A DNA stretch of 64,000 bases, from NCBI GenBank assembly GCA_951406725.2, contig OX597831.1:1674001-1738000 (forward strand), given 5' to 3'. Below, in pieces: positions 49,116-61,878 of this stretch; positions within the stretch are counted from its first letter, which is position 1; every line of letters starts with the position of its first letter. The position numbers and the translations under genes are program-made. The notes below the pieces were generated by a model that made no database searches, was not told the DNA's origin, and saw only the letters and a list, made by a program, of their open reading frames with translations. This DNA comes from Octopus vulgaris (taxonomy: Eukaryota).

Positions 49116-50503
49116 AATTTTTCATTATTTTTAAAATTATTTGAAACAAAGGTTGCACATTACAACAGAAAAGTAGTAACAAAAGAGCTAGGGACAGTCT
49201 CAAGAGGGTTGGTACCAAAAAGATTGATGTAATCTAAATTGAAGTCTTCCATCAAAATTTCATGTTAATTTATGTTTCAAAAACTAACTTAATAACAACA
49301 GTTATTTTTACAAAATTCTTCATTATTTTCAAAGGCAGCGTATTTCAACAGAAATCATCATCATCATCATTTAACGTCCACTTTCCATGCTAGCACGGGT
49401 TGGACGATTTGACTGAGATCTGGTGAACCAGATGGCTGCACCAGACTCCAATCTGGCAGAGTTTCTCCAGCTGGATGCCCTTCCTAACGCCAACCACTCC
49501 AAGAGTGTAGTGGGAGCTTTTATGTGCCACCGGCATGAGGGCCAGTCAGGCAGTACTGGCAACGGCTATACTCAAATGGTGCTTTTTACATTCCACCTGC
49601 ACAGGAGCCAGTCCAGCGGCACTGGGAACGACCTCGCTCGAATGTTTTTTCAGGTGTCACCAGCACAAATGCCGGTAAGGTGATGCAGGTAACAATCACG
49701 CTCATCTTCGTCCCTCCTGCTCATCTCAGAGGCCCTGGAAATAATCACTGGTATCATTGGCATTAACTTTCCTTCTGTCAGAGCTATAAAAAGAAACTAA
49801 TGTATCTCTGCACGTATGTGTATAGATAATATAGGAACCCAATCTACAATATCAATAACTGAAATCTATATCACAGTATTTTTGCTACATACAAAGTTAA
49901 AAAAAAAAACACATCATCACCAATACTATTATTATTGCATTCACATCTGTTGCCTCTAACAGTGTCCAAAAGAGTCATTTGTTGTTATCAATCATCTCCA
50001 AATGTCTAATTGAATCATCAGGTTTATATCAGGTTTATCCATTCTGCTAAACATCCCAACATCCGATCCAATTACTTTTTATTGTGGGACTCCTTCCTCT
50101 TACCTCTGGCCTCGTTATATTTTACCTTCAAAGATTGTAACAACACACCTCGTACAACCCACACCAACCATCACCCATATTTATTACATGTCCTTAGCAC
50201 AGATGACTTAAATATGCAAGCCATTGAGAGAATCCTCTACAAAGTCACTTGACTTGCAAGAAATAACAGCAAAATCTCCTTTGAATCACCTTGTAGCATT
50301 TCTCAAAGAAGGAAGGATCCAATAAACAATATTATTGTAATTATGCTATGTATAAATAAAAGATGAAATCGTTACAGCCAAAATTAATTTGACCATAGGG
50401 TCTCTCTAGATTAGGGCTGACTGGGGATAAGCATTTGAAATATATTGATGCCTGAGTTGAACCACATGGTACCATATCAATAAAGCACCAGTCTGTTCAC
50501 AGA

Positions 50504-50692
50504 CATTTCACGCTCAGAGTTGCTGAAGCATGGAATAAACTGCTTGCGTCAGTTGTTGACTGCCATGACACTGCATCCTTTAAGGCCCTCATGCTTTCCA
50601 AAATCCGTCGAAACTACACCTGATTATATATGCACTTTAGATGAGTTGTAGTGCACCTGAGCACTGTACACAATGTTTATTATTATTATTAT
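50504..50692 (+). mobile_element. CR1 LINE 3' fragment
   Basis: Reverse complement of ~2000-2195; (TTA)n tail. Confidence 0.9.
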
Positions 50693-51098
50693 CCTGCTGC
50701 CTAAATTTCAACAGAGCTGTGTCTCTTTCAACCTGTTGCAGTTGCCATTCTTCCAGCCTAACACTGTCTCCTCCAGCCTACAACCAGTTTTAGTGCTGTC
50801 TCCTCCAGTTTACAGTCAATTCTACATGTAGTTCCGATCTCCAGGACGTTCCACCTATTTCCTTTATCCTCCAACCATTTCTACCTGTGTCTCCTCCAGT
50901 TTCTGACCAGTTCCTGTTTTCTGTGCCCCATCTCCCAGCCAGTTTGAGCTGTCTTGTCCAACCAGTCCCGGCTGTGCATTCTTTGTCCAGTACCAGCTGT
51001 TATGTCTCTTCTGACTTCTTGTCTGTTTCAGCTGCATGTCTCTTCCATCTTCCATCTCCTTTTAGCTGTGTCTCCTTGAGCCAATCTCAACTGTGTAT

Positions 51099-51350
51099 GT
51101 TAGTTAGTTAGGCTCAAAAGCAAATAGCAAGGCCATGTAGGGGGACATGGAGTTAAGTACAGGGTGGTGTTCATGTATAGAGTTCAGGCCACTTGAGGTC
51201 AAGGGAGGCTTTGAACAAAGTGGTCGTCAGCATCTTCACCATCTCGTCTGGCAGCTTGTTCCACGGATCCGCAACTCGGACGGAGAAAGCTCCTCTCCTT
51301 TGATTGAGATGAAATCGTCGCAGGTAGAGCTTTTCGGAATGAGCTTTTAT
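51099..51350 (-). mobile_element. Second CR1-clade LINE 3' fragment, (TAAC)n tail
   Basis: ORF 51171..51356 AHSEKLYLRRFHLNQRRGAFSVRVADPWNKLPDEMV...FKASLD. Confidence 0.85.
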
Positions 51351-51901
51351 AGCCAATACTGGCTGTGTGTCTTTTCCACTCTCCAGCCAGTTCCAGATGT
51401 GTCCTCAAACTTACAGCCTGTACTAATTGTTTTCTCACTAATCCACACAACCCAGTTCTCAGTGTGCACATTCATAACCTCGCAATTAGTTCTAGCGCTT
51501 GCCCATCCTTCTCTGGTTAAATATTCAACCAGAAAGGGAGAAGGTTGAATATTTAATCAGATTTACCTTATAGGTAACCCATTCCATTAATTTTCCTAGA
51601 GAACAAAAGAAAGTGAAGACAATCAATCTAGTATAAATATATAAAATCTAACCAACTACATATATATATATATGTATATATAAATGCGAAAAAAGGTGTG
51701 TGTGTATATATATATGCCTCTAAATATGTGTTTGAGTGTGTATATATATATGTATATGTGCACATGTATATGTATTTATGCATATGAATATACACCACCT
51801 TAACAGCTATGCCTATCAGGGTGTGTGCTCTACCATAACCAGTTGTAACATGAATCATACAGTTTTAGTCATATGCTCTGAGAAAATTGATACAAAAGGT
51901 G

Positions 51902-51936
<35 letters not shown>

Positions 51937-52249
51937 CATGTGTCTCTCATAATTAAGGTTTACTATAAGACTATATAGGGATACAACAGTCACACAGTCA
52001 ATAGATGTTGAAACAGTCATCTTGGCTTTCATTGTCCTTACACACACACACATTAGCACACATAGCTGTGCAGATAACTAAATGATTTTGGGTTCAATTC
52101 CACTGTGTAGCACTTTGAGCACTTACTACAGCCTTGTGTTGACCAACTGCTTGTGATTGAAATTTAATTTATAAAAACTGTGCTGAATCTCTGTGTATGT
52201 GTTTGTCTATCCACATATATAGATAGATAAAAAAATAGAGAATGAATAA

Positions 52250-52417
52250 GCTGGAGTGGCTGTGTGGTAAGTAGCTTGCTTACAAACCACTTAGTTCTGG
52301 GTTCAGTCCCAATGCGTGGCACTTTGGGCAAGTGTCTTCTACTATAACCTCGGGCTGACCAAAGCCTTGTGAGTTGATTTGGTAGACGGAAACTGAAAGA
52401 AGCCCGTTGTATATATG

Positions 52418-52459
<42 letters not shown>

Positions 52460-52701
52460 CATACATGTGTGTGTGTGTGTGTGTTTGTTTGCCCCCCCCA
52501 CACACACACACATTGGTTGACAACTGATGCTGGTGTGTTTACGTCCCTGTAACTTAGCGGTTCGGCAAAAGAGACCAATAGAATAAGTACTAGGTTTACA
52601 AAGAATAAGTCCTGGGGTCGATTTGTTCGACTATAGGCAGTGCCCCAGCATGGCCACAGTCAAATGACTGAAACAAGTAAAAGAGTAAAGAGTAAAAGAG
52701 T
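52250..52701 (+). mobile_element. SINE family A, full length
   Basis: A/B boxes, CORE-like segment, internal (TA)n(GT)n, AAAAGAGTAAAGAGTAAAAGAGT tail. Confidence 0.9.
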
Positions 52702-53926
52702 CAGCAAAACATATGCCATCACTTAGAAGCATTTAATTTATAATTTAAATATAGTGTAGAGTAGATATAGTAAATAGGTAAGGTCTCTTACAATTGTTTC
52801 TAGAATAGCTAAGCATGTTGCTCTTATATTATTGAGTAAAGATTTCTATGTTGGTTAGGTATTCAGTCATTGAAGGGAAAACGGAATAAGGAATATCCTT
52901 AATCTAGGATATTATTGGTTACCACTGGTGTTGAGAGATTAAGGAGTGTCTAAACTAAATGATGATATTGGTTGGTAGATCCATGATCAAAAGATTAAGG
53001 AGAGGCATAGCAAATGTGAGTGTCAGCAAATTCATTGTTGAAGTGTCACAAAAAAAAATCCCTTGTGAAAATGATAGAAACTTATTTCTAATGATGAAAC
53101 TAGCAACTTCTGTCATTTTTTACTGTGAATTTTCTGTGATAATTCAAAATATAAAAGACTTTTCATTCTATTTTTTCTTTGACTATATTTCAGTGACTGA
53201 AACAAGTAAAAGATTAAAAAAAAAAAAAATGCCAAAAAAAAAGTTGTTTATTTTGTGGGAGTGGGGTGGGGTTTTTACTTTTTACTATTCATAACCAATA
53301 AAACTTAATTACAGTGTTCACCAAATGGGATAAATTTTTCGGTGATTAAGAAAAAAAAAGAAGCTCCAATTAGAAGTCACCTAAAATACACTAAATGACC
53401 AAAAGGGGTTAAAAAAATTAGTTGAAGTGGATGGTAATTAACGGCAATCAAAAATATTGCTACCAATATGATGCAAGCTTATCTAAAGATCAAAATACTC
53501 TGAGTACTAACACAATATAGTTATTTCTATATAGCATATATGTTATATACATATATATGCTAGCATAGCATATACAGTGTGTGTGTGTGTATAGACACAG
53601 GATCGGCTGTGTAGTTAAAAAGCTTGTTTCCCAACCACGTGGTTCTGGTTTTAGTCCTACTTCATCAAACCTTAAACAAGTGTCTTCTACAATAACCCCG
53701 GGCTGACCAAAGCTTTGTGAGTAGATTTAGTAGAAAAGAAACTGAAAGAAGCCCATCATATCAATAATAGTATGAGATTGTAATGATTTTTGGTCAATAA
53801 CTGATGAGGGGTGAGAATGTGCACGTCTTTTGTGTATTTTTTCCATGTGATGACTTTCTGTGAAATCTTTTATTCTTTTATTTATATGTGTGTGCGCGTA
53901 TGTATATATGTGTGTATATATGTGTA

Positions 53927-53991
<65 letters not shown>

Positions 53992-54439
53992 CTTATTCAA
54001 TGAGCAAATCAATAAGTTCATTGGGTGATTGAGTACCCATCATTGAAACTGTTAGAGATTTAACTTGAGATTTACAGGACTCGTTTACTGGAGGTTAACA
54101 TAACTTGTATCTAGGGGCATTGTTGTGTGGTTAAAAAGTCCACTATGCAGTACCTTGGGCAAGTGTCTTCTAATGATAATGGGTCTGACTAAAGTCTTGT
54201 GAGTGAATTTGGTAGGTGCAATTTATTAATCCAATTCTAGTATTACACAGGGTCATAAATCTGGAAGTGATAAGCCAGTTATAATATTCAACTGATAATT
54301 GTTTTATGAACATCCTCTTGCAAATCCTGGTTGAGAGATGAAGAAAATGTAAAGTAGACTCAAGTAGAATTTCAACATAGACTATAAAGAGTTGTACTTG
54401 AGTACTGAATGGTATTTGATCTTATGCTCTACCATAGTT

Positions 54440-55018
54440 GATTACATTGACGTCCCAATGCTTAACTAGTACTTATTTCATTGACCCAGAAAGGACAAAA
54501 GGCAAAGTCAACTTTGGCAGAATTTGAACTCAGAACATAAAGATGAAGAAAATACCACTAAGCCTTTTGTCCAACATGCTAACAGTTTCAGCAATTCCCT
54601 AATTTTTTAAGAATAAGCAATAATTATTCATAATTTTGAGGGGAGGGGGTAAGTTGATTTCATCAACTCCTAGCACTTATTTAATCAATTGTGAAAGGAT
54701 GAAAGGCAGAATTTGAACTCAGAGTGTGAAGAGCTGAAAAAGATGCTGCTAAGCATTTTGTCCTATGTACTAACAATTCTGCCAGCACAACACCTGAGTA
54801 ATAATAATAATAATAATGGTTTCAAATTTTGGCATAAGGTCAGCAATTTCGGGAGAAAGGGCTCATTGATTATATCAACTCCAGTACTCAACTTGTACTT
54901 AATTTATCGACCCTGAAAGGATGAAATGCAAAGTCGACCGCAGTGGAATTTGAATGTAAAGCTGGATGAAATGCCACTAAACCTAGCATGCTATCAATTC
55001 TGATAGCTTGCCACCTTA
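54440..55018 (-). mobile_element. Cluster of three same-orientation old SINE B copies
   Basis: GAAAGGA..AAAGGCA...AATTTGAACTCAG motif three times. Confidence 0.7.
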
Positions 55019-55599
55019 ATAATAATAATAATTATTATTATTATTATTATTATTATTTAACAATAAATATTTACATATGGAAAATTGCAGTTGAACCTTG
55101 CAAAAACTGTGTCATTATCATCATCAGCATCATTATCAACAACATCATTACAACCAGCATTATATGCTCTTTTCCTCTGCTTAAGAAATTGCAGTCTATT
55201 TTATGATAATTGACACAATGGAATGAAACAAGAAACTAACTAACTAGGCTTAATTATCGACAACTAATGAGTACAAACTGGGCTGATATCCTGGTTCTGT
55301 TAACTAGGTGGCGCTTGTAATTCATACTTTGTGTGGAAGAAAGGATGACATTAAATACTGCGGCTCTTTAGATAAAATAAAAGAGAATTAGTAATAAGTT
55401 TGCTTAGCAACAGAAACACAGGCTGGACATGTTTCTACACAGCTATTGATGAAGGAGAGATGAAAGCTTCCATGATGGAGATTACATGTGTGTGTACATA
55501 CATACACACACAATCATGTATATACTCAGATATATATAATATACACATGTGAAGATGTGTGCATGTAAGCATGAGAATGTGTGTGAGGTGTGCTAAAGC

Positions 55600-55630
<31 letters not shown>

Positions 55631-56035
55631 CTCTTTTACTATTTTATTTGTTTCAGTCATTTGACTGTTGCCATGCTGGAGCACCGCCTTTAGTCAGGCT
55701 AATCGACCCCCAGGACTTATTCTTTGTAAGCCTAGTATTTATTCTATCGGTCTCTTTTGCTGCACTCTGTAAATGGATTTCGTACTTGATTTTGAAAGAA
55801 TTTAAGATATGAGAGGACAGGAAGTTGAGGAAAGAGTGGAGTAGAGGTACAAGAGAGCTGAGTGAAGCTGGATGACTGAGTGGAGTAAAAAGTGGACAAG
55901 TAGATCTGAGGTGGAGCTGAGATAGATGCTGGAGTAGAGCTGGGATTTTAATATGATTAGTATCTTTGTACAGGATTCCTTTTAGCTTTGTCTGGTTGTT
56001 GCCATTGTTATTGTTTAACCTCAGGTAATTCTTCA

Positions 56036-56301
56036 GTGGTGGAGGTGTGTGGCTTCTTGGTTAGGGTGTCAGCATCATGATCGTAAGATTGTGGTTTCGA
56101 TTCCTGGACTGGGGCAACGCGTTGTGTTCTTGAGCAAAGCACTTCATTTCACTTTGCTCCAGTCCACTCAGCTGGCAAAAATGAGTAACGCTGCGATGGA
56201 CCGACGTCCCATCCAGCTGGGGAACACATACGCCATTGAAACTGGGAAACCGGGCCCATGAGCCTGGCTAGGCTTTAAAAGGGCGCATTTATTATTATTA
56301 T
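56036..56301 (+). mobile_element. SINE family D, full length (tRNA-derived head, CORE-like TTGAGCAAAGCACTT)
   Basis: A box TGGCTTCTTGG, B box GTTTCGATTCC, (TTA)n tail, 10-bp TSD TAATTCTTCA (56026-56035, 56302-56311). Confidence 0.85.
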
Positions 56302-57056
56302 TAATTCTTCATTGAATAGACGTATTTATACATCACCCACAATGTCCTTCCTTTTTCCCAGATGCTAGTTACAGTGGAATATGAAAGACTGGATTGCTAT
56401 TTCTAGCAGATTGATCAAGCACATAGAAACTTCCATGTTGGCTCATTGAGGCTTAGTCATTCCAGCTGGCACAGCATGGGGCGTAGGTACATTGCAAGAT
56501 TATTGTTGTGAGGATGGTCTTGTTTAATCAGTTAATTAGAATCTCTTTTCAATTCTTCAGAGAATAAGCGATGTGTTGTTTCCTCCTTAATTACCAGCTG
56601 TATCTAATTAACTTGTATTTTAGTCATCTCCAGTAATGGAGAATGGAGAATTATGTTCATCAGGCTGACAGACCTATTGTTTGGTTTTGTTTTCTTTATA
56701 AGGAAATTTCTTTCAACTTTCATTCTCTGTTATCCTTCACCTGAAATCTCTTTCTTTCATGCACTCACATACACACACCTATCCACAAGTATTCATTCAC
56801 TCTCATCTGCTGACTGACCTCTCTATTTCACTCTCTCCTCATTGCTTCTTATTCTCTTTCCACTCCTCTCTTTGATATATATATATATATATCAACGTGT
56901 TATCTTATGGACACAAAGAGTTTACCATTAAACTGAAGGATTACTCAATACATTTAAATCGAGTATGTTTCTTAGACTTTTTTCAAGGAAAAGAATAGCA
57001 GTAATTTCAAAGTTGTGACTTACTCACCTTTACCATGTATGGATGGATGGATGCAT

Positions 57057-57166
57057 GCATAATACGCTTACATACATATGCCCAGATATACATAGATAAT
57101 TGATACCGGTAGTAAAATGGATATTATTATCCCTTAGACAGTTATTCCAACCACTAACTCTACTAA

Positions 57167-57226
<60 letters not shown>

Positions 57227-57330
57227 TAGAGTTAGTGGTTGGAATAACCATCTAATGGATAAGAATTGTTTTACTACCAGTATAAATTATCTATGTTAAC
57301 CCTGGGCATACATATGTAAGCATATTATGC
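57057..57330. repeat. ~110-bp inverted arms flanking (TA)n
   Basis: 57057-57166 is the reverse complement of 57223-57330 with scattered mismatches. Confidence 0.9.
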
Positions 57331-57401
57331 TCATAGGATACAGACAATAACAAAGATAACAAGAGTTTATCAGGAATCAAATTTCATATATATGTATATA
57401 T

Positions 57402-57730
57402 GTAGTGAGAATTTACAAAAAAAAAAACAAAAGACAAAGACAGGTGTGTAAACAACAAACAGATGTATTAGTTTAATGCTCGGGAAGTGAGAAAGTCTTT
57501 TACGTTTCGAGCCTACGCACTTCGACAGAAAGGAACACAGAAATAAACAGGGAGAGAAAATAGAAAGATTTAGTGGCTAGTGATCTATCAAGGCAAATAC
57601 CGGACAGAGGGGTCACACAGGAGAGCTAGGAAGAAGGGGAGATAATAAAGTAATGGTGATCCCAAAACGAAGGTGTGCATGCATGTGTATGTGCATGTGG
57701 AAGGGGGCTGGTGACCTTGACATGTGCTTG
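57402..57730 (-). mobile_element. Penelope-like fragment with variant hammerhead (57497-57532)
   Basis: Minus strand cttt-CTGTCGA-a-gtgc(gtag)gctc-GAAA-cg-TA-aaag; related 3' stub at 15241-15293. Confidence 0.65.
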
Positions 57731-57969
57731 TGTATACATGTATATATTTATAAGTGTATATGTGTGTGTTTGTTGCAGTCCTTTATACAGTATGTCTGCA
57801 TGTGCACATTTTTGTGTGTATGTATCTATGTAGTGGTCTTTTGTCTGTTGTTGCTTATCCCAGATCAGCCCTGATCCTTCAGAAACCCATATTCACAGGC
57901 ATTTCCAGCTAAGACTTTTCTTTTATTTATCTACAGCTATATTATCCAGTGTGTCCTTTATTTCCTGTT

Positions 57970-58158
57970 TTAACCCTTTAGCATTCAGATTTCTTTGTCA
58001 AATATGACTCTTTTACTTGTTTCAATCATTTGACTGTGGCCATGCTGGAGCACCACCTTTAGTCGAGCAAATCGACCCCAGGACTTATTCTTTGTAAGCC
58101 TAGTACTTATTCTATCGGTCTCAAGCAATGTTGGGGGGACAAATACAGGCACACAAAC

Positions 58159-58202
<44 letters not shown>

Positions 58203-58405
58203 GTGACCTTGTGTGTACCGTTGGCGATTTTTTTTTCCTCTGTCTTCCCTTCTCTGGATCTTTCCTTCTCCTATGTTTCCGACGAAGAGCTCTGCTCGAA
58301 ACGTTAAACCCTCCTTCTTTCCTTCTTTCCTGAGCGTCCAATAATACTATATTTGTTCCACGTCCTCGCGTTGTTGTGTTTTTTTGTGCTTTCTTGTTTG
58401 GATTA

Positions 58406-58443
<38 letters not shown>

Positions 58444-58750
58444 ATGGGCTTCTTTCAGTTTCCGTCTAGCAAATCTACTCACAAGGCTTTGGTTGGCCCG
58501 AGGCTATAGTAGAAGACACTTGCCCAAGGTGCCATGCAGTGGGACTGAACCCAGAACCATGTGGTTCGTAAGCAAGCTACTTACCACACAGACACTCCTA
58601 TGCTCATTTATTTACACTATTTTCAACAAATTGTACATTATCTCATAACTTTGTATAGAGTAGATGTGAGAGATTGGATCTGGTCAGTTTGAACATAATA
58701 CAGGTAGAATATTTGAACTGGATATGGCTGGATTAAATGCTAAAGGTTAA
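57970..58750 (+). mobile_element. MITE family 2 interrupted by SINE A (58007-58599, minus)
   Basis: TTAA|CCCTTTAGCATTCAGA ... AAATGCTAAAGG|TTAA. Confidence 0.75.
58198..58408 (+). mobile_element. Short Penelope-like/retrozyme-like element inside the (TA)n of SINE A; hammerhead at 58275-58309
   Basis: gttt-CCGACGA-a-gagc(tct)gctc-GAAA-cg-TT-aaac; (TA)n on both sides; homologous to 14919-15100. Confidence 0.75.
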
Positions 58751-59218
58751 ACTGTAGGCTGTGATTTGAGGGAGATTTGGCTTTTGTTTCTAATTGGATG
58801 AATGACTCCACAGAACCCCACCACACTTTCATTGGCTTGAATGTGGTGTAGTTTTAGTGCTGTGGTGTAGAATAGAATGGTAGTTTTGCAATGTGGCATT
58901 GTGCTTGTAGTGGAGTAGGGAAGATGTGGTGTAGTATGGTCATAGTATACTGTAGTTATGCTGTAATGTGGTTGTAGTATAGTGTAGTGGTACAGTATTT
59001 CACTGTCGTAGTGATAGTGTGTCTGTGATAAACTGATATAGCATTGTTGTGGTGTAAGTGTGAAGGTGTAGGTTAATTTAGGTTAAAAGTTGTGCTAAAA
59101 TCTAGTTCAGTTGTAAGGAGTTCTGATGTGTTCAGAGGGAGTTGTAATGGTGGAGAGGAGACACGGGGGGGGGGGGGCAGATATAACAATTGGTGGGTGA
59201 GTGGCAGCCAGAGAGCAG

Positions 59219-59271
<53 letters not shown>

Positions 59272-60417
59272 TCATGATTGTGTGTATATGTATATATGTG
59301 TGTGTTTCTGTGTGTGTGGTGGAGTGTTGAAAGTATTTGTTTCAAATCTTGTCAGAGAAAAAATGTTTTCATGGTGTTTGATAATGGTGGTGGTGGTTGT
59401 CATCATTGTCATCATTGTTGTTGTTAATGTTGTTGTCATCATGGTATGGTGGTGGTGAGTGATGCTGGTGTTGAGTCAGTGGGAGTGGTAGGATTAGTAT
59501 GGTTACACAGGCCTATTGTTTGTTTGCAAATAGGATTCTTTTATTGTTTATATCAAAGTCAAAACAGAGAGAAGGGTAAGAGGGAGGGAAAGAGATGCAT
59601 TGGTGATGGTGGTGGTTGTGAGTAGGTGGAGGAGGTAAAATATGGTGTTAGAGGAAGAGAGTGTCTATGTATATTGCTACCCACCATCCTAGTTAGTTTC
59701 TCTCTCTCTATCACATATACGCCTTTTTCATATATACCTCTAGCCTGACACTTGATGATATGGTTTGATCAGAGCAAGCAGGATAGCTGTGTGTGTGTGT
59801 GCGTGTGCGTGTGTGTGTGTGTGGACTATTGGTTCGATGGAGATCAATACTATAAGTATCAAACTGAAATCAGCATTAGGGTATAACGTGATCAACTAAA
59901 CCCTTAAAAGCAGTGCTCCAGCATGGTCATAGGCTAATGATTAAAACCAATAAAAGGTGCACACATACACACCCACACACTATTCGATCATTTTATGTCC
60001 TTTCTCCCATGCTAGCATGGTTTGTACAAATATGTTATTGAGGTATAATTTTTCAGCTGGATGCCCTTCCTGTTGCTAATCCTTACCTATTTTTCAAGTA
60101 ATGGGTCTCTTATTTCACAAGTTTTAAAGGGTACAAAGCCAGCATGATGATGAATGTTTGTTTACAATTAGCATATGATGTCAGTAACAGGGACACATTC
60201 ACTCACTTATCTACAATATGCACACACACATACACACGTATGTATGTACACTTAATGGGGTTCTTTTTATTTTTCTGTCTACCAAATACACTCACACTGC
60301 TTTTGTTGGTTTAACATTACAGTAGAATACACTTGCCCAAGGTACCACAATGTAGGATTGAACATGAAACCACGTGTTTGGGAAGCAGACTTTATAATCA
60401 CATAGTAATATATATAT

Positions 60418-60932
60418 ATCATCATCATCATTTAACATCCACTTTCCATGCTGGCATGGGTTGGACGGTTTGACTGAGGACTAGCTCTACCAGGCTCTAC
60501 TGGCAATGTTTCTACAGCTGGATGCCCTTTCTAATGCTAAACATTCGAGAATGTAGTGGGTGCTTTTTACATGCCACCAGCACAGGGGCCAGTCAGGTGG
60601 CACTGGCGTTGACCACGCTCAAATGGAAATTTTTATGTGCCACCAGCACAGGAGCCAGTTAGGTGGCACTAAGCACGCTCGACTGGTGCATTTCATGTCC
60701 CACCGGCAGGGGTGCCAGTCAGGTGGCACTGGCATCAGCCACAACTACGATTTCACTTGACTCAACAGGTCTTTTGTGGCACAGCATATTGCCCAATGAT
60801 TGAAGGGTACTTTTAAACAGGCCGGTTAAGTGACACTGGCTTCAGCTATGGCTACGATCTCACTTGGCTTGCCAAGTTTTCTCAAGTACAGCATATCTTT
60901 AAAGGTCTCAATTGCTTGTCATTGCCTCTGTG
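60418..60932 (-). mobile_element. SINE family C, longest copy
   Basis: (CAT)n tail, three subrepeats, upstream part (CACTTGACTCAACAGGTCT) matching 735-750. Confidence 0.75.
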
Positions 60933-61156
60933 AAAATAAGTACTGGGGTCAGTTCATTTGGTTAAAAATTCTCCAAGGTGGTACTTCAATGGCTGCTGTC
61001 TAATGACTGAAACATGTAAAAGATAAGGATATCTATCTGTCTGTCTATCATATATATACAGACCAAATAATTGTCACATATTACATTTACAGATAAATTC
61101 CTCTGTTTACATAATATCGAGGTCTCTTTCATTCTTTTGTCTTACCATTTTTATCA

Positions 61157-61199
<43 letters not shown>

Positions 61200-61834
61200 A
61201 GGTTACAACCCTTATTCAGGGATAGCAAAATCCTATGAAAGTACAGGTTAGTTACCTATACAAAGAATGTTGAATATTACAGATTAATGCTCAGCTCCAA
61301 GGTAACTATATAAACCGTGGTTTATATATATTTATTTATTATTATAAGATAAGAAAATAGAGAGGTAATTGATAAATTATTATTTATTAATAACCCCTCT
61401 TTCTTCTTCTTCTTCTATACATATGTACCCCAGTGCTTTTTTTTCTTTTAAGGCTGGTACTTATTCTATTGGTCTCTTTTGCCAAGCTGCTAAATTACAG
61501 GGACATAAACACACCAACACCAGTTGTCAAGCAGTGGTCGGGGACAAACAGACACAAGGACACACACACACACACACACACACAAATATGGTATCTATTA
61601 GAGTACATAGCTTATAAAGTTTATTACATTCTCCCAAGTTGTTTACATTTATATGTCTGTTTGTTTGTGTGTGTGTGTGTGTATGAGTGCATGAATTGGT
61701 GTGTTTGTCTGTATACATATTCACACATCTATGTATGCATGTGTATGTAATCCTATACACGCACATACATACATACACACACATTCATACATGCAAATAC
61801 ATATGCACTCAAACCCACTATATATGTATCTATT

Positions 61835-61878
<44 letters not shown>

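Noticed and set aside
56036-56115. tRNA gene
   Set aside because: A/B boxes are present, but they continue into a SINE body with tail and TSD; no complete cloverleaf.
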